DNA of 64,000 nucleotides from a virus. Location: IMG/VR virus record IMGVR_UViG_3300029305_006397. The stretch is one strand, 5' to 3'. The translations under genes were made by a program, and so were the position numbers. Positions 9,736 to 19,234 of this stretch are shown piece by piece; position 1 is the first letter of the stretch, and every line of letters begins with the position of its first letter. The notes beneath the pieces were generated by a model. The model saw only the letters and a program-made list of their open reading frames with translations. It ran no database searches and had not been told where the DNA came from.

Positions 9736-10193
9736 CGACTAAACTTTTCCTCATTTGTTTCAAACTCCATTTTAATCCCACATTCACTGCAATACTTCTT
9801 TTCAGGCTTTTCCCAACTGCCTTCGGTATGAATTACTTCGCCACACTGAGAACAGCACCATTCATCGCCCCCAAGATGCACCCAATAACCACAATGCACT
9901 TCATCGGCATAATAAACACGGCACTGATTTCCTTGTTTTACAATGATCCTGTTGGCATAAGAGCCAATAGTTTCGGTTGTTATAAACGTTGTATCTCCTT
10001 CATGACATACGGGTTCTACATTCGCTGCCTTTGCAAACCGCATAGTTTCACACATACCGAGGATCGTATTTTGCTTCCATTCAGGTTGATACTTTGCCAT
10101 CAATTTGAAGTCAGTTATCATTTGATCAATGTTGCAATACTTAGGCATACAATCACGCATCCTTTTCAGCTGAAAATACACAGGTGATATCAT
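9732..10193 (-). CDS. hypothetical zinc-ribbon protein
   Basis: CSQCG...CSECG; start uncertain. Confidence 0.55.
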   Translation of the reverse strand: MISPVYFQLKRMRDCMPKYCNIDQMITDFKLMAKYQPEWKQNTILGMCETMRFAKAANVEPVCHEGDTTFITTETIGSYANRIIVKQGNQCRVYYADEVHCGYWVHLGGDEWCCSQCGEVIHTEGSWEKPEKKYCSECGIKMEFETNEEKFSR

Positions 10194-10425
10194 TTACGGA
10201 AACATCTCCGTCTATCCACCATGCTTCACCATATTTATTGTGATGATCCGGGAGCTTATACTGAGGAAGATCGGAATCAATTTCGTAAATAACTGTACGA
10301 CCTGTTTTACAGCACCAGGCAAGTGCCGCATTTAACGTGGTAAACCCGCGAACAGGACGATGGATGCAGTTACTTTCACGATAATGCTTTGCTTTCTTAG
10401 GTGTTGTGCAATGATAGATCAGCAT
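10153..10425 (-). CDS. hypothetical protein
   Basis: tiled minus-strand ORF, no motif. Confidence 0.55.
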   Translation of the reverse strand: MLIYHCTTPKKAKHYRESNCIHRPVRGFTTLNAALAWCCKTGRTVIYEIDSDLPQYKLPDHHNKYGEAWWIDGDVSVNDITCVFSAEKDA

Positions 10426-10648
10426 GAATGTTTTCCTCCGGATTCAAATTACGTCCACACATGGGACAAAAATTAATGGCGATTGCATCCTGATGATCAT
10501 GCAGGTTATCATAATCATCAGGAAAATGGCGACATCGCAGAAGATGCGCAGCAATTAAACGCATTTCAATTCCGCTATATGCAACCGAATAAGAGTTAAG
10601 AGGTTTACAGGTTTCCGGATCACAATAAGGACAAAATTTCTTGTTCAT
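10397..10648 (-). CDS. hypothetical zinc-ribbon protein
   Basis: CPYC...CPMC. Confidence 0.55.
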   Translation of the reverse strand: MNKKFCPYCDPETCKPLNSYSVAYSGIEMRLIAAHLLRCRHFPDDYDNLHDHQDAIAINFCPMCGRNLNPEENIHADLSLHNT

Positions 10649-10839
10649 TCAGAGATCAACTCAATTCCATCGCATTCGATAGTTTCACCACATTCTGTAT
10701 AGACATGGCGTTGACATGCTTTGCGAAACAGATCTTCAGCTTTTTCAAGTGCTTCGGCCCTGGAAGACGCGGACACGACAAACTTACGCTTCATAAGTTT
10801 CGTTACGAATGAACCCAGGTGTACTCGATACTTGGACAT
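10645..10839 (-). CDS. hypothetical protein
   Basis: tiled minus-strand ORF, no motif. Confidence 0.55.
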   Translation of the reverse strand: MSKYRVHLGSFVTKLMKRKFVVSASSRAEALEKAEDLFRKACQRHVYTECGETIECDGIELISE

Positions 10840-10987
10840 TTGGATTCACCTCTGATCCCTTAGTAGTATTGCTATATGTAAATGTAGGAGTATAACCGCA
10901 GTAAGGACAATACCATTTCCCTTGCGCAGGATAAATGATCTCTATTTCCATAGGAGTGCGGCATTTAGGACAACGAAGAAGTTCCAT
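10784..10987 (-). CDS. hypothetical zinc-ribbon protein
   Basis: CPKC...CPYC. Confidence 0.5.
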   Translation of the reverse strand: MELLRCPKCRTPMEIEIIYPAQGKWYCPYCGYTPTFTYSNTTKGSEVNPNVQVSSTPGFIRNETYEA

Positions 10988-10998
10988 TAACGATCACC

Positions 10999-11466
10999 TC
11001 ACAAATAAGACCAATGATATCCTTTGGCCGTTCTTTCAGGATTATTACATGCCATCCTAATTGTTGTATGACCGCATCCAAAATGTCTCGCTGCGACTCG
11101 AACTCCATCGAAGATTTTGTTGAGTTCTATACACTTTATTTTGCGCCTGGTTTTTTGCGTCCTATTACCATAATTATTGTTATATTTTGCGGTACACCAT
11201 TCTAAATTACCTGCGCTATCATTATTTTTGCTTTCATCTTTATGATTCACATGAGGTAAGTTATTGGGATTTGGAATAAATGCAATTGCTACAAGGCGGC
11301 AAATCCTGCGGTTATACTGTTTTCCTTTATGACGAAGTGTTACTTGTCGATATCCATCGCGATCATGGCCTCCAATAAGTATGCATCCAGATTGGTTATT
11401 TCTAACTCTTCCTAAATTGGATACACTATAGATAGGAAACTCTTTTATAGTTTTCCAAATTTCCAT
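10999..11466 (-). CDS. HNH homing endonuclease (NUMOD4 plus HNH_3 type)
   Basis: YSVSNLGRVRN, DGYRQV, VNHKDESKNNDSAGNLEWCT motifs. Confidence 0.8.
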   Translation of the reverse strand: MEIWKTIKEFPIYSVSNLGRVRNNQSGCILIGGHDRDGYRQVTLRHKGKQYNRRICRLVAIAFIPNPNNLPHVNHKDESKNNDSAGNLEWCTAKYNNNYGNRTQKTRRKIKCIELNKIFDGVRVAARHFGCGHTTIRMACNNPERTAKGYHWSYL

Positions 11467-12119
11467 TAACGATCACTTTCTGCGTAAACATCGAAGTCAA
11501 ATAAAAGGAATTTCCGAGACGCCAGATAATCACAAAGATGGACAAAATGTTCAATACCATTATTAGGTTTCGGTAAGACAACGCCTTTTGCATAATTGGC
11601 AGTATTAAACTGTCCCATATGAGAAGCGATTGCACCATAGATAACAGGAACAGCATCCTTCAGGACATTTACACGGATTTCGGAAATACCGGAATTAGAG
11701 CGAATATAATTGGCCACCATTTCTTTAAACAGCTTCGCCGCTACGACAGGATGATCAAAGCGAGTGGAATGCTTGGGAGTATCATCGCACTTGCAGCAAT
11801 CATGAAGGATCAATGCAGCATAAGCACAATCTGCCATAAGAGATACCCTGGCCGCATCCGACTTGGCCGCGCAATCTCCAATCATATTGGCAAAGATTTC
11901 AGTTTCAATAAGGCTATGAGCCATACCGACAGCAGCCTTCACATGTCGCATAAGACCACCTTCTCCCAAGGAATAGGCAGGATGATATTTTCCGGAAGAG
12001 GATGCAGGGATGGATACAATTACATCCGGTGCGGCATCAAGAGTAGCAGCAGTGATTGCGCGAATATCAGAATTTTTGATATAGGATAATTCGCGAGTAA
12101 AATTTTCAGATACTTTCAT
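11466..12119 (-). CDS. HD-domain phosphohydrolase
   Basis: GKYHP...GGLMRH...LILHDCCK metal-binding pattern. Confidence 0.7.
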   Translation of the reverse strand: MKVSENFTRELSYIKNSDIRAITAATLDAAPDVIVSIPASSSGKYHPAYSLGEGGLMRHVKAAVGMAHSLIETEIFANMIGDCAAKSDAARVSLMADCAYAALILHDCCKCDDTPKHSTRFDHPVVAAKLFKEMVANYIRSNSGISEIRVNVLKDAVPVIYGAIASHMGQFNTANYAKGVVLPKPNNGIEHFVHLCDYLASRKFLLFDFDVYAESDR

Positions 12120-13310
12120 TTATATGTCTCCTTCGTAAGTAAGAATTTTTATTGCTTTATCGATCTGGTTTAAAACAAATTGTAAATCTTCATGGGTGAT
12201 GTTATCTGGTAATGTGAAACGAATGGTTCTTGCCGCATCCTGATCTGAAAGCCCAATGGCCTTAAGTACATGGGAAGGCTTAATGGATTGGGAATTGCAT
12301 GCCGATCCGGCAGAAGCATAAATACCAGCTGATTCCAATAAAAACAAAAGGGATTCGGAATAAACACCATCAGGAAAAGTGACGTTAATATTGTTTGGCA
12401 ACCTTGTATCATATGAAGCACCATTTAATCTGCAGCCGCGCTTTTCCAAAAGATTGATCATATCTTTTTGTTTTTCACCAAGCTTTGATCTTATTAAAGG
12501 GTTGATACATTCGACCGCTTCTGCAAAAGCCATAATGCCAGGAACATTTTCTGTTCCACCACGCATAGAATCCATTTGGGAACCAAACACCAAAGGTTGA
12601 ATCTGGACGCCATCACGAATATAGAGAAAACCTATTCCTTTTGGAGCACCAATTTTATGACCGGATGCCGACATCATATCGATTCCAAGCTTTTGAACAT
12701 CAATTTCGATATGGCCGAATGCCTGGACAGCATCGGTATGAAAAAGTGCATTCGCATTATAAGAATGAATCAATGTGGCAAGAAACCCGATATGTTGGAT
12801 AGTACCAATTTCATTATTAGCGAACTGAATAGATACCAGAGGATCACGGCATTTATACTTTTCCATGGCTTCACGAAGCGCATTTGTATCGACAAATCCA
12901 TATTGATCAACTGGAAGAATTTCAATGTCCGCAATATTATCCCATGCTTTTACACATTCCAGAATGGATTTATGCTCAATAGCCGTCGTAATAATTACAG
13001 GATAGGTATTTCTATGTGGATCAGACAGACATTTATGGATATAACCCTGGATTGCCCAACAATTAGATTCACTGCCACCGGATGTGAAATAGATTTCGTT
13101 AAGCGACCTAGAATTAATATAATCTGAAGTTACCTTTCTGGCCCTTTCCACTTCACCACGAATCCAATGCGCAGGTTTATAATGAGCAGAAGGATTATGC
13201 CATTTGATATTGATATAATGACTGATAATATCTGCAATCATATTCCGTTTTTCAGGATCAGACATTGAAGTGGCGGCTTCATCAAGATAGATTTCGTGCA
13301 TGAGATTCAC
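12120..13310 (-). CDS. cysteine desulfurase (NifS/IscS class, PLP-dependent)
   Basis: PLP-lysine motif SASGHKIGAPKGIGFLY and catalytic-Cys loop SAGSACNS. Confidence 0.85.
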   Translation of the reverse strand: MNLMHEIYLDEAATSMSDPEKRNMIADIISHYINIKWHNPSAHYKPAHWIRGEVERARKVTSDYINSRSLNEIYFTSGGSESNCWAIQGYIHKCLSDPHRNTYPVIITTAIEHKSILECVKAWDNIADIEILPVDQYGFVDTNALREAMEKYKCRDPLVSIQFANNEIGTIQHIGFLATLIHSYNANALFHTDAVQAFGHIEIDVQKLGIDMMSASGHKIGAPKGIGFLYIRDGVQIQPLVFGSQMDSMRGGTENVPGIMAFAEAVECINPLIRSKLGEKQKDMINLLEKRGCRLNGASYDTRLPNNINVTFPDGVYSESLLFLLESAGIYASAGSACNSQSIKPSHVLKAIGLSDQDAARTIRFTLPDNITHEDLQFVLNQIDKAIKILTYEGDI

Positions 13311-13503
13311 CTACTTCCTGTTTCATATGTTCAGCAGCTTTGGCAAAAATTTTAGAATAATCACCAGTATGGTCAACCAATTCCACATGATTAAAAGAAT
13401 CAAAAGGACGAAGCTTTAACCGAATCCCATTAAACGCAGTAGATGTAAGCGAATAAACGAATCGATATTTTTCACACAGTTTTCGAAAATGGTCAAAGCT
13501 CAC
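13282..13503 (-). CDS. hypothetical protein
   Basis: tiled minus-strand ORF, no motif. Confidence 0.5.
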   Translation of the reverse strand: MSFDHFRKLCEKYRFVYSLTSTAFNGIRLKLRPFDSFNHVELVDHTGDYSKIFAKAAEHMKQEVGESHARNLS

Positions 13504-14015
13504 TTGGCAGACACCTTCTTATTAGGTTTGCCGGACAGGCTAGAAATTGCATGACGAATGCTTTCATGTGCATCGCGAAGCATTTTCAGATTAGAATCGA
13601 GTTCTGTTTCCTTCTGAGTAAAAGCCTTATCGGTAGCACGAAGCTGTGCAAGGCTAATGCCCTTTTTCAAAGAAAATTCGTCATCTGCATGACAGGACGC
13701 CTCACCACGAATGTCATCCATGAATTTAAATTGTACCTTTTTATTGTTAGTACGATAAAATCCATATGTAGCGCCATCGGCTCCAATCGCAGGTTCCCAA
13801 GGCGTCCAGGTTCGATTTAATTGAATGATTTCCGGCTTCACAAAGTATTCATTAACTACATTCACATCAATTGCCGCCAATGCAACCTTAGAAACACGAT
13901 CACGAATAATAATGGAAGTTTCGGTGATATTGCCGATCTCATAAGTTTCGCCGACAATCAGTTTGCCCTGATAAGACTTAATAAGAACAACCTTATCATT
14001 TTTAAAAAGAGTCAT
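13500..14015 (-). CDS. hypothetical protein
   Basis: tiled minus-strand ORF, no motif. Confidence 0.6.
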   Translation of the reverse strand: MTLFKNDKVVLIKSYQGKLIVGETYEIGNITETSIIIRDRVSKVALAAIDVNVVNEYFVKPEIIQLNRTWTPWEPAIGADGATYGFYRTNNKKVQFKFMDDIRGEASCHADDEFSLKKGISLAQLRATDKAFTQKETELDSNLKMLRDAHESIRHAISSLSGKPNKKVSAK

Positions 14016-14021
14016 TGATTG

Positions 14022-14837
14022 TTACCTCCTAATGAAAAAATTGCGTGTGGTAGTAATGGTCATTCCAGCATGGGAACGATTTCTATTTTTTCGACGCCTT
14101 CGATATCTAGTATTTGAATCATCATCTTCGAGCCAGTTATTTTCGAGATAATAAAACCCCGTAACAATAGCTGTTATAAGAATAATCCATACGACCCAGA
14201 ACACGATTAATTCAGAGCCGGATTCCAAGTGGCTAATGGTTTGATCAATATCAAAACCATAATAGAACTCGGTATTTTGAATATCGGAATCTGCAAGATT
14301 GGCATAAAGAGTTCCAATGCATGATACAGGTGTACCATAATACACATAGCGGATACGAGATGATTCTTTTATGGTATCAATATGAGACATGGATGGAAGT
14401 TCAATAACACCATAATCAAACGGAACATTTAGAAAAGCGATCTGATCGGTATGCTTGGATTCGGACGATACATAATCCCAAGACCAATATGTGCGAGTGC
14501 GCACTTGAGGCTTGCCATTTACCATAACGGTATAGGTCTGTGTATGCCTGGTATATCGTTCTTTTACTTTTTTAAGCTGCGCATATTCGCCGCCAATTTC
14601 AGGGTAAGTAACGGGATTCAACGCTTTCAACTCGCCATAAACAAAAGCATTACCGATATTGGTACGCATACCATACTCAAATTCAGATTGATCATTTACA
14701 ATTTGCAGTGCAGTATTATAATCCTGATATTTAAGCATTAATGCATTATCAATAGACTGATGGATGATCAAGCCGATTAAAAGCATGATCAGAATGATTG
14801 AAATACTGAGTAAGACTTCCCTGCGTGTTATCTTCAT
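14022..14837 (-). CDS. membrane protein (N- and C-terminal TM helices, basic tail)
   Basis: LLSISIILIMLLIGLII and LIVFWVVWIILITAIVTGFYY helices; follows LemA. Confidence 0.6.
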   Translation of the reverse strand: MKITRREVLLSISIILIMLLIGLIIHQSIDNALMLKYQDYNTALQIVNDQSEFEYGMRTNIGNAFVYGELKALNPVTYPEIGGEYAQLKKVKERYTRHTQTYTVMVNGKPQVRTRTYWSWDYVSSESKHTDQIAFLNVPFDYGVIELPSMSHIDTIKESSRIRYVYYGTPVSCIGTLYANLADSDIQNTEFYYGFDIDQTISHLESGSELIVFWVVWIILITAIVTGFYYLENNWLEDDDSNTRYRRRRKNRNRSHAGMTITTTRNFFIRR

Positions 14838-14840
14838 ATA

Positions 14841-15377
14841 TTAATCCTCAAAGAGCTTGTAAGAGGGATCATATGTAATTTCAAATTCCAATTCAGGGTA
14901 AGACTGAACTTCATAACCGAGCAAGCCCAGAATCGGCGCATTGGGGAACTGGCGCACATAAATCTTGTACTTATTGGCCCAGGTATTGTAATTTCCGCGT
15001 ACTTTGGCAATGATATTTTCAGTTACGGAAAGTTCGTTCATAAGTTCTCTGTAATTCGTTGCAGACTTAAGTTCGGGATATTCTTCTGCGACTGCATTAA
15101 TCATGGTTTTGATTTGAGAAACAGATTCATCGTTTACGCCGCGCATTTCAATAATCGCATTGAGCGTATCATACTCAAACTTATCATATTCTTTAACGCA
15201 CTCAACGAGCTTGGGAATGAGGTCGTTGCGGCGCTTTTCCTGAACAGCGATTTCTGCTTCGGCGATGGATACCTGGCCTTCATAAGAAATGGCTTTATTC
15301 TGAATGCCGAAGATAGCGAAAGTAGATACGAGAATAAGAGACAGGACAATTGCGAAAATGATCAGAAACTTCTTCAT
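14841..15377 (-). CDS. LemA family protein
   Basis: N-terminal TM then EKRRNDLIPKLVECVKEYDKFE...RG pattern typical of LemA. Confidence 0.8.
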   Translation of the reverse strand: MKKFLIIFAIVLSLILVSTFAIFGIQNKAISYEGQVSIAEAEIAVQEKRRNDLIPKLVECVKEYDKFEYDTLNAIIEMRGVNDESVSQIKTMINAVAEEYPELKSATNYRELMNELSVTENIIAKVRGNYNTWANKYKIYVRQFPNAPILGLLGYEVQSYPELEFEITYDPSYKLFED

Positions 15378-15395
15378 GAGATTAAACCTCCATTT

Positions 15396-15605
15396 TTAAA
15401 GATTATTAGGATTACGCAGTGGCGGATAATCGTTTTGGCCGAGTGAATATTCCATTAAAGCAATGTTATATTCATGGGTTCGGATTGCGCCATCCGACAG
15501 ACAGCTGCGATTCTTTTCAAGATAGGCTTTGTTGGTTGCCAGACGGCGCTCTACATAGCGAATACAGCGGGCGGCAATCTCCATTGATTCAAGAAACTTA
15601 TCCAT
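15396..15605 (-). CDS. hypothetical protein
   Basis: tiled minus-strand ORF, no motif. Confidence 0.5.
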   Translation of the reverse strand: MDKFLESMEIAARCIRYVERRLATNKAYLEKNRSCLSDGAIRTHEYNIALMEYSLGQNDYPPLRNPNNL

Positions 15606-15615
15606 AAGAACTCCT

Positions 15616-15885
15616 TCAACTTATCGTAGAATTGCTTATTGTTGAATTGCTAATAGGTTCAATTTTTGTAGCGCCACAAATACTACAACGATAGTGATTG
15701 CCAAGTGTTGAAAAGCTCACCCATTCCCAAATACATGGTTCAAGACCTGTATGACCTGGGAATGTTTTGCCTGTTTCCATTTCAGAAGGAGGATAAAAGA
15801 CGGCTGTCGAAATGCGTTCACATTCGATATTACGCTTTTCACACCAACCGCAGGGCAGTTTATATTTGCATTCAGTTGTAATCAT
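15616..15885 (-). CDS. hypothetical cysteine-rich protein
   Basis: CGWC...CSIC. Confidence 0.5.
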   Translation of the reverse strand: MITTECKYKLPCGWCEKRNIECERISTAVFYPPSEMETGKTFPGHTGLEPCIWEWVSFSTLGNHYRCSICGATKIEPISNSTISNSTIS

Positions 15886-15894
15886 AGAGTTACC

Positions 15895-16116
15895 TCAACC
15901 ATATTGATAATCAACGTGATGGCAGTTATTACAAACAAACTGATATTTAGGAGGGTACGAGCAAAGAACCATGCTTTCATCTTTACACATCCCACCTTGC
16001 TTGCATTTAGGGCAAAGATACTTAGGAGCAGAATATCTGCTCATTGAGAATGAATTTGTATTAGGCATAACTCTTGCCTGATATACTTCTCTAGTTGGAA
16101 GATGATCATAATTCAT
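15895..16116 (-). CDS. hypothetical zinc-ribbon protein
   Basis: CPKC...CNNC. Confidence 0.5.
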   Translation of the reverse strand: MNYDHLPTREVYQARVMPNTNSFSMSRYSAPKYLCPKCKQGGMCKDESMVLCSYPPKYQFVCNNCHHVDYQYG

Positions 16117-16205
16117 TTACAATTCCCCCTACCACGATAAATAGGCAGAAAATTAAGTCCAAGCATAACTGCTAGTGGCTTACGAAGCGCATAGATAAAT
16201 CTCAT
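16113..16205 (-). CDS. possible 30-aa micro-protein
   Basis: own translation MRFIYALRKPLAVMLGLNFLPIYRGRGNCK; GGAG SD; stop overlaps next ATG. Confidence 0.3.
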   Translation of the reverse strand: MRFIYALRKPLAVMLGLNFLPIYRGRGNCK

Positions 16206-16214
16206 ATAAACTCC

Positions 16215-16517
16215 TTATTCAAACGTGCGCCAACACGCAGCTGCACGTTGTTCATCGATGGGTTTGACAAACCAAATTCGATAGGTTTGATTGTACATAG
16301 AGGGCGTATATCCAAAGAGTTCGCCTTCCACGATAGACATTACTTCGCGCCAACAAATCCATCCGGAATCACCTTTTTGATAACGCGATTCAAAATAAAG
16401 ATAAGGTGGCATATTAGTGGGCCAGGAATGATCTTGTCGAGCATTGTAAATCGACTTGATTTCCTGCCAAGATAATGGATTGGGATGGTAATTAACACAA
16501 TGAATCATCAGAAACAC
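16215..16517 (-). CDS. hypothetical protein
   Basis: tiled minus-strand ORF, no motif. Confidence 0.55.
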   Translation of the reverse strand: MFLMIHCVNYHPNPLSWQEIKSIYNARQDHSWPTNMPPYLYFESRYQKGDSGWICWREVMSIVEGELFGYTPSMYNQTYRIWFVKPIDEQRAAACWRTFE

Positions 16518-16773
16518 CTTCTTTTTGGATCATGCTATTCCACTCAACAACCGCATCGCGATACTTAGAATGCAGATTGGATGTACGGTGACATTTAGAA
16601 CATTCTATTTGATGTTCTCCGTATACAACCCAGCTGATAGCTTTTCCACCGCAATTACAAGGAATGGGTTCCAGGCGTTTACGCTTTTTAACAAGTGTAT
16701 ATCCGCGATTTTCAGCTTCTTCGCGCAAATCTTCAAGCGTAAACAAGGAAAGAGCTTTCTTATTTACTCGCAT
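16492..16773 (-). CDS. hypothetical zinc-ribbon protein
   Basis: CNCGG...CSKC. Confidence 0.55.
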   Translation of the reverse strand: MRVNKKALSLFTLEDLREEAENRGYTLVKKRKRLEPIPCNCGGKAISWVVYGEHQIECSKCHRTSNLHSKYRDAVVEWNSMIQKEGVSDDSLC

Positions 16774-17047
16774 AAGCTTTTAACACAGCAGACACATCAG
16801 TGCGCGACTTTTTTAATGCCTCAAAGAAAGCAAGCATATGACCTGTATCGCCAGGATCAGTGCAGAAAAGCTCATATTCATCACCGTGCTTTTCAAGCAA
16901 ACGGCCAATCGCAAGAAATTCAGAAATTCCAGATTTCAGATTGAACTGCTCGGATTTATCATTTTTTAAAAGGTATACATCCTTTTTGCATTGCTTAATA
17001 GCTTCGCGAAAGAGATGAACTTCGTGTTCGGTTAAAAGTTTTTCCAT
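16760..17047 (-). CDS. hypothetical protein
   Basis: tiled minus-strand ORF, no motif. Confidence 0.55.
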   Translation of the reverse strand: MEKLLTEHEVHLFREAIKQCKKDVYLLKNDKSEQFNLKSGISEFLAIGRLLEKHGDEYELFCTDPGDTGHMLAFFEALKKSRTDVSAVLKAYASK

Positions 17048-17049
17048 GA

Positions 17050-17361
17050 TTAAGACTCCTTTTTTAATTTAGATAAGATGTAAACGGCTACGTTTCGATT
17101 TGTAATATTGTCAAAACGCTTGCCGGATACGGCGATAATTTCTTTATTAACAAGCTCAGTTAGTCTAGGCTGAACAGCCTGACGATCCTGATGGATAACA
17201 ACGCCTTCATGATATAAAACATGTGCAATTTCTCTGGCAGTAAGACCATCAGGTGCATTGTTTAAGGCTTCGAGGATAAATGCATATAATCGATTTTTAT
17301 TTACTTTTTCCAAAGACTCTCTTCGGGTTTGTTGTGTGACAGAATATTCGCATATAGACAT
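17050..17361 (-). CDS. putative winged-helix DNA-binding protein
   Basis: LTAREIAHVLYHEG...QPRLTELV helix-turn-helix-like segment. Confidence 0.4.
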   Translation of the reverse strand: MSICEYSVTQQTRRESLEKVNKNRLYAFILEALNNAPDGLTAREIAHVLYHEGVVIHQDRQAVQPRLTELVNKEIIAVSGKRFDNITNRNVAVYILSKLKKES

Positions 17362-17376
17362 ATGGTAACACCTTCT

Positions 17377-17724
17377 TTAATCATCTTCTTCGGCCTGATA
17401 CGAGATAATTTCCGCACCTACAATCAAATCATCAAGCTCAGAAACGAAATCAGAAATCCACATAGGATTATCGTTTTCATCAAAGAGAGTCATGCTGAAA
17501 CAATCTTCGCCATCACCATCGATAAGTGCAAACTCGCAATCATTTTCTACGGCTTTAAATTCATAATCACAGTCTTCAAAGAAAGAAAGTGCAGATTCCA
17601 GGATGCTTCGGCCATGGCAATTTCCACCGATTTCAAACGCAACATGACCTATATACTCATGATATTGTAGGGTTAAACGAACACGATGGATTCCGCTACA
17701 ATTATCAACTTCATAAAATTCCAT
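17377..17724 (-). CDS. hypothetical acidic protein
   Basis: tiled minus-strand ORF. Confidence 0.55.
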   Translation of the reverse strand: MEFYEVDNCSGIHRVRLTLQYHEYIGHVAFEIGGNCHGRSILESALSFFEDCDYEFKAVENDCEFALIDGDGEDCFSMTLFDENDNPMWISDFVSELDDLIVGAEIISYQAEEDD

Positions 17725-17738
17725 TTGATTATTCTCCT

Positions 17739-18233
17739 TTATTTATGCCTACAAATAACAACGCTAAGATTCGAGCCTTTGAACACATTTTCAGATACAT
17801 TCTGAATAACAAGGGAGTTTAAATTTCCAGGCATGGAAATGGCAATGGAAGCATTATTTTCTTCGGCCATTTGAGCAACGAGATGTATACCTCCTGCAAA
17901 GGCAGTAGCATCAATCTGGCGATCTTCGCGACAGCAATAAACGGGAACGATGTACTGATAATGAGAATCATAATCAGGCACGGATGTATTCTTGATAGTA
18001 TCAACCATAGTCAGCGCCCAGACTTCTGCGGGAATAAATTGAATAGAGCCGCGAGGATCGATGTTCTTTTTAGAACAATGACGTAGATATTTCAGGCATT
18101 CACGATGAACGTGGGGAAAAGCCTGATTAATTTTTGAAAGAGAGTTGAAACTCATGTCGCCGGAAATCGGCATGGGAATTACGATGTAATTTTCATCTGC
18201 ATCAAGGATATGTTCATTGATAATCTTCGGCAT
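17739..18233 (-). CDS. hypothetical protein
   Basis: tiled minus-strand ORF, no motif. Confidence 0.6.
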   Translation of the reverse strand: MPKIINEHILDADENYIVIPMPISGDMSFNSLSKINQAFPHVHRECLKYLRHCSKKNIDPRGSIQFIPAEVWALTMVDTIKNTSVPDYDSHYQYIVPVYCCREDRQIDATAFAGGIHLVAQMAEENNASIAISMPGNLNSLVIQNVSENVFKGSNLSVVICRHK

Positions 18234-18673
18234 TAGGCAACCTCCTGTTTGATTTTCGATTCAGAGTTTTTATGGTCTGCTTCAATTTGGGCCTCTTCGA
18301 ATGATGAGAATAATTTGGATTCAGGAACCTCAAGTTTAGCGTCTCCGCAAGAAACTTCATAGCTTATATCAGTATCCGTCTCATCGTCTGAGTCGTTATA
18401 TGCAATAACGGCCTCAACTGTAAAAGGATATTTATCTGCATAATACATCCATTGAGTTTTTGCTAGTTTCCCTGCTTGGCAAAAATATCTGGCAGGGGCA
18501 TCCCCAAAGACATGAAAAACGGCAGCGCATTTGGCAATGCGGTCGCCTTCAAGTCTTACTTCTCCAGCGCCTTTACAGGCGGGGCAAAGCAAACCAGGAA
18601 TCACGAGAGGACGATTTGAACTTTCAACACGATATACCTTGTCACCCACGTTGTATTTGCACTTAATGTTCAT
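18233..18673 (-). CDS. hypothetical protein
   Basis: start moved to MNIKCKY (ATG 18673, GGAGG SD); longer track ORF runs through tRNA-Gln. Confidence 0.6.
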   Translation of the reverse strand: MNIKCKYNVGDKVYRVESSNRPLVIPGLLCPACKGAGEVRLEGDRIAKCAAVFHVFGDAPARYFCQAGKLAKTQWMYYADKYPFTVEAVIAYNDSDDETDTDISYEVSCGDAKLEVPESKLFSSFEEAQIEADHKNSESKIKQEVA

Positions 18674-18774
18674 AGAAACCTCCTGAGATAAAATGAACCT
18701 GCAAACCAATAAAGGATAATCCGACGAATGGCGAAATATTTTTCCGACGATTGGTTGCAGGTTGAATTGTGAAA

Positions 18775-18849
18775 TGGCTGGGGTAGTTGGATTCGAACCA
18801 ACGATGTGGGAGTCAAAGTCCCATGCCTTAGCCGCTTGGCTATACCCCA
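18775..18849 (-). tRNA. tRNA-Gln(TTG)
   Basis: cloverleaf; anticodon loop CUUUGAC; GGTTCGAATCC T-arm; CCA encoded. Confidence 0.85.
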
Positions 18850-19234
18850 ACAGCAGAGAAGTTTAAACCTTGTGTTTTTTTAATGCGGAGCTAACGGGAC
18901 ATTGTTTCAGCTCAGGCATTTCTTCGTAACACATTACTCCTACTTCCAAAGGATGCACTTTAAGACCGTATGTCTTGCTGCTGCGCAGAGGTAGCATTTC
19001 CTCCGCTTGAACACTTTCGCAGTTCCCGGCACTAGACACTTTCGTAGTCTCCAACGCCATCGTTTGTATGCTCAATTTACTTTTACCCAGTAGCGAACTG
19101 GAGAAGGCTGAACCACCTGGCTATAAATACAACAATGGTCTAAGCGTTAGGCAGACGGTCAAGAATCTGCCCCACGGAATCGTACCGTGCCACCTGCGGT
19201 AAATAAGACGCAGGATCGAACCTCGCTTTTAGGA

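Noticed and set aside
18233-18850. N-terminal extension of the 205-aa track ORF
   Set aside because: The extension reads through tRNA-Gln (18775-18849). An internal ATG at 18673 with a GGAGG SD is the credible start.
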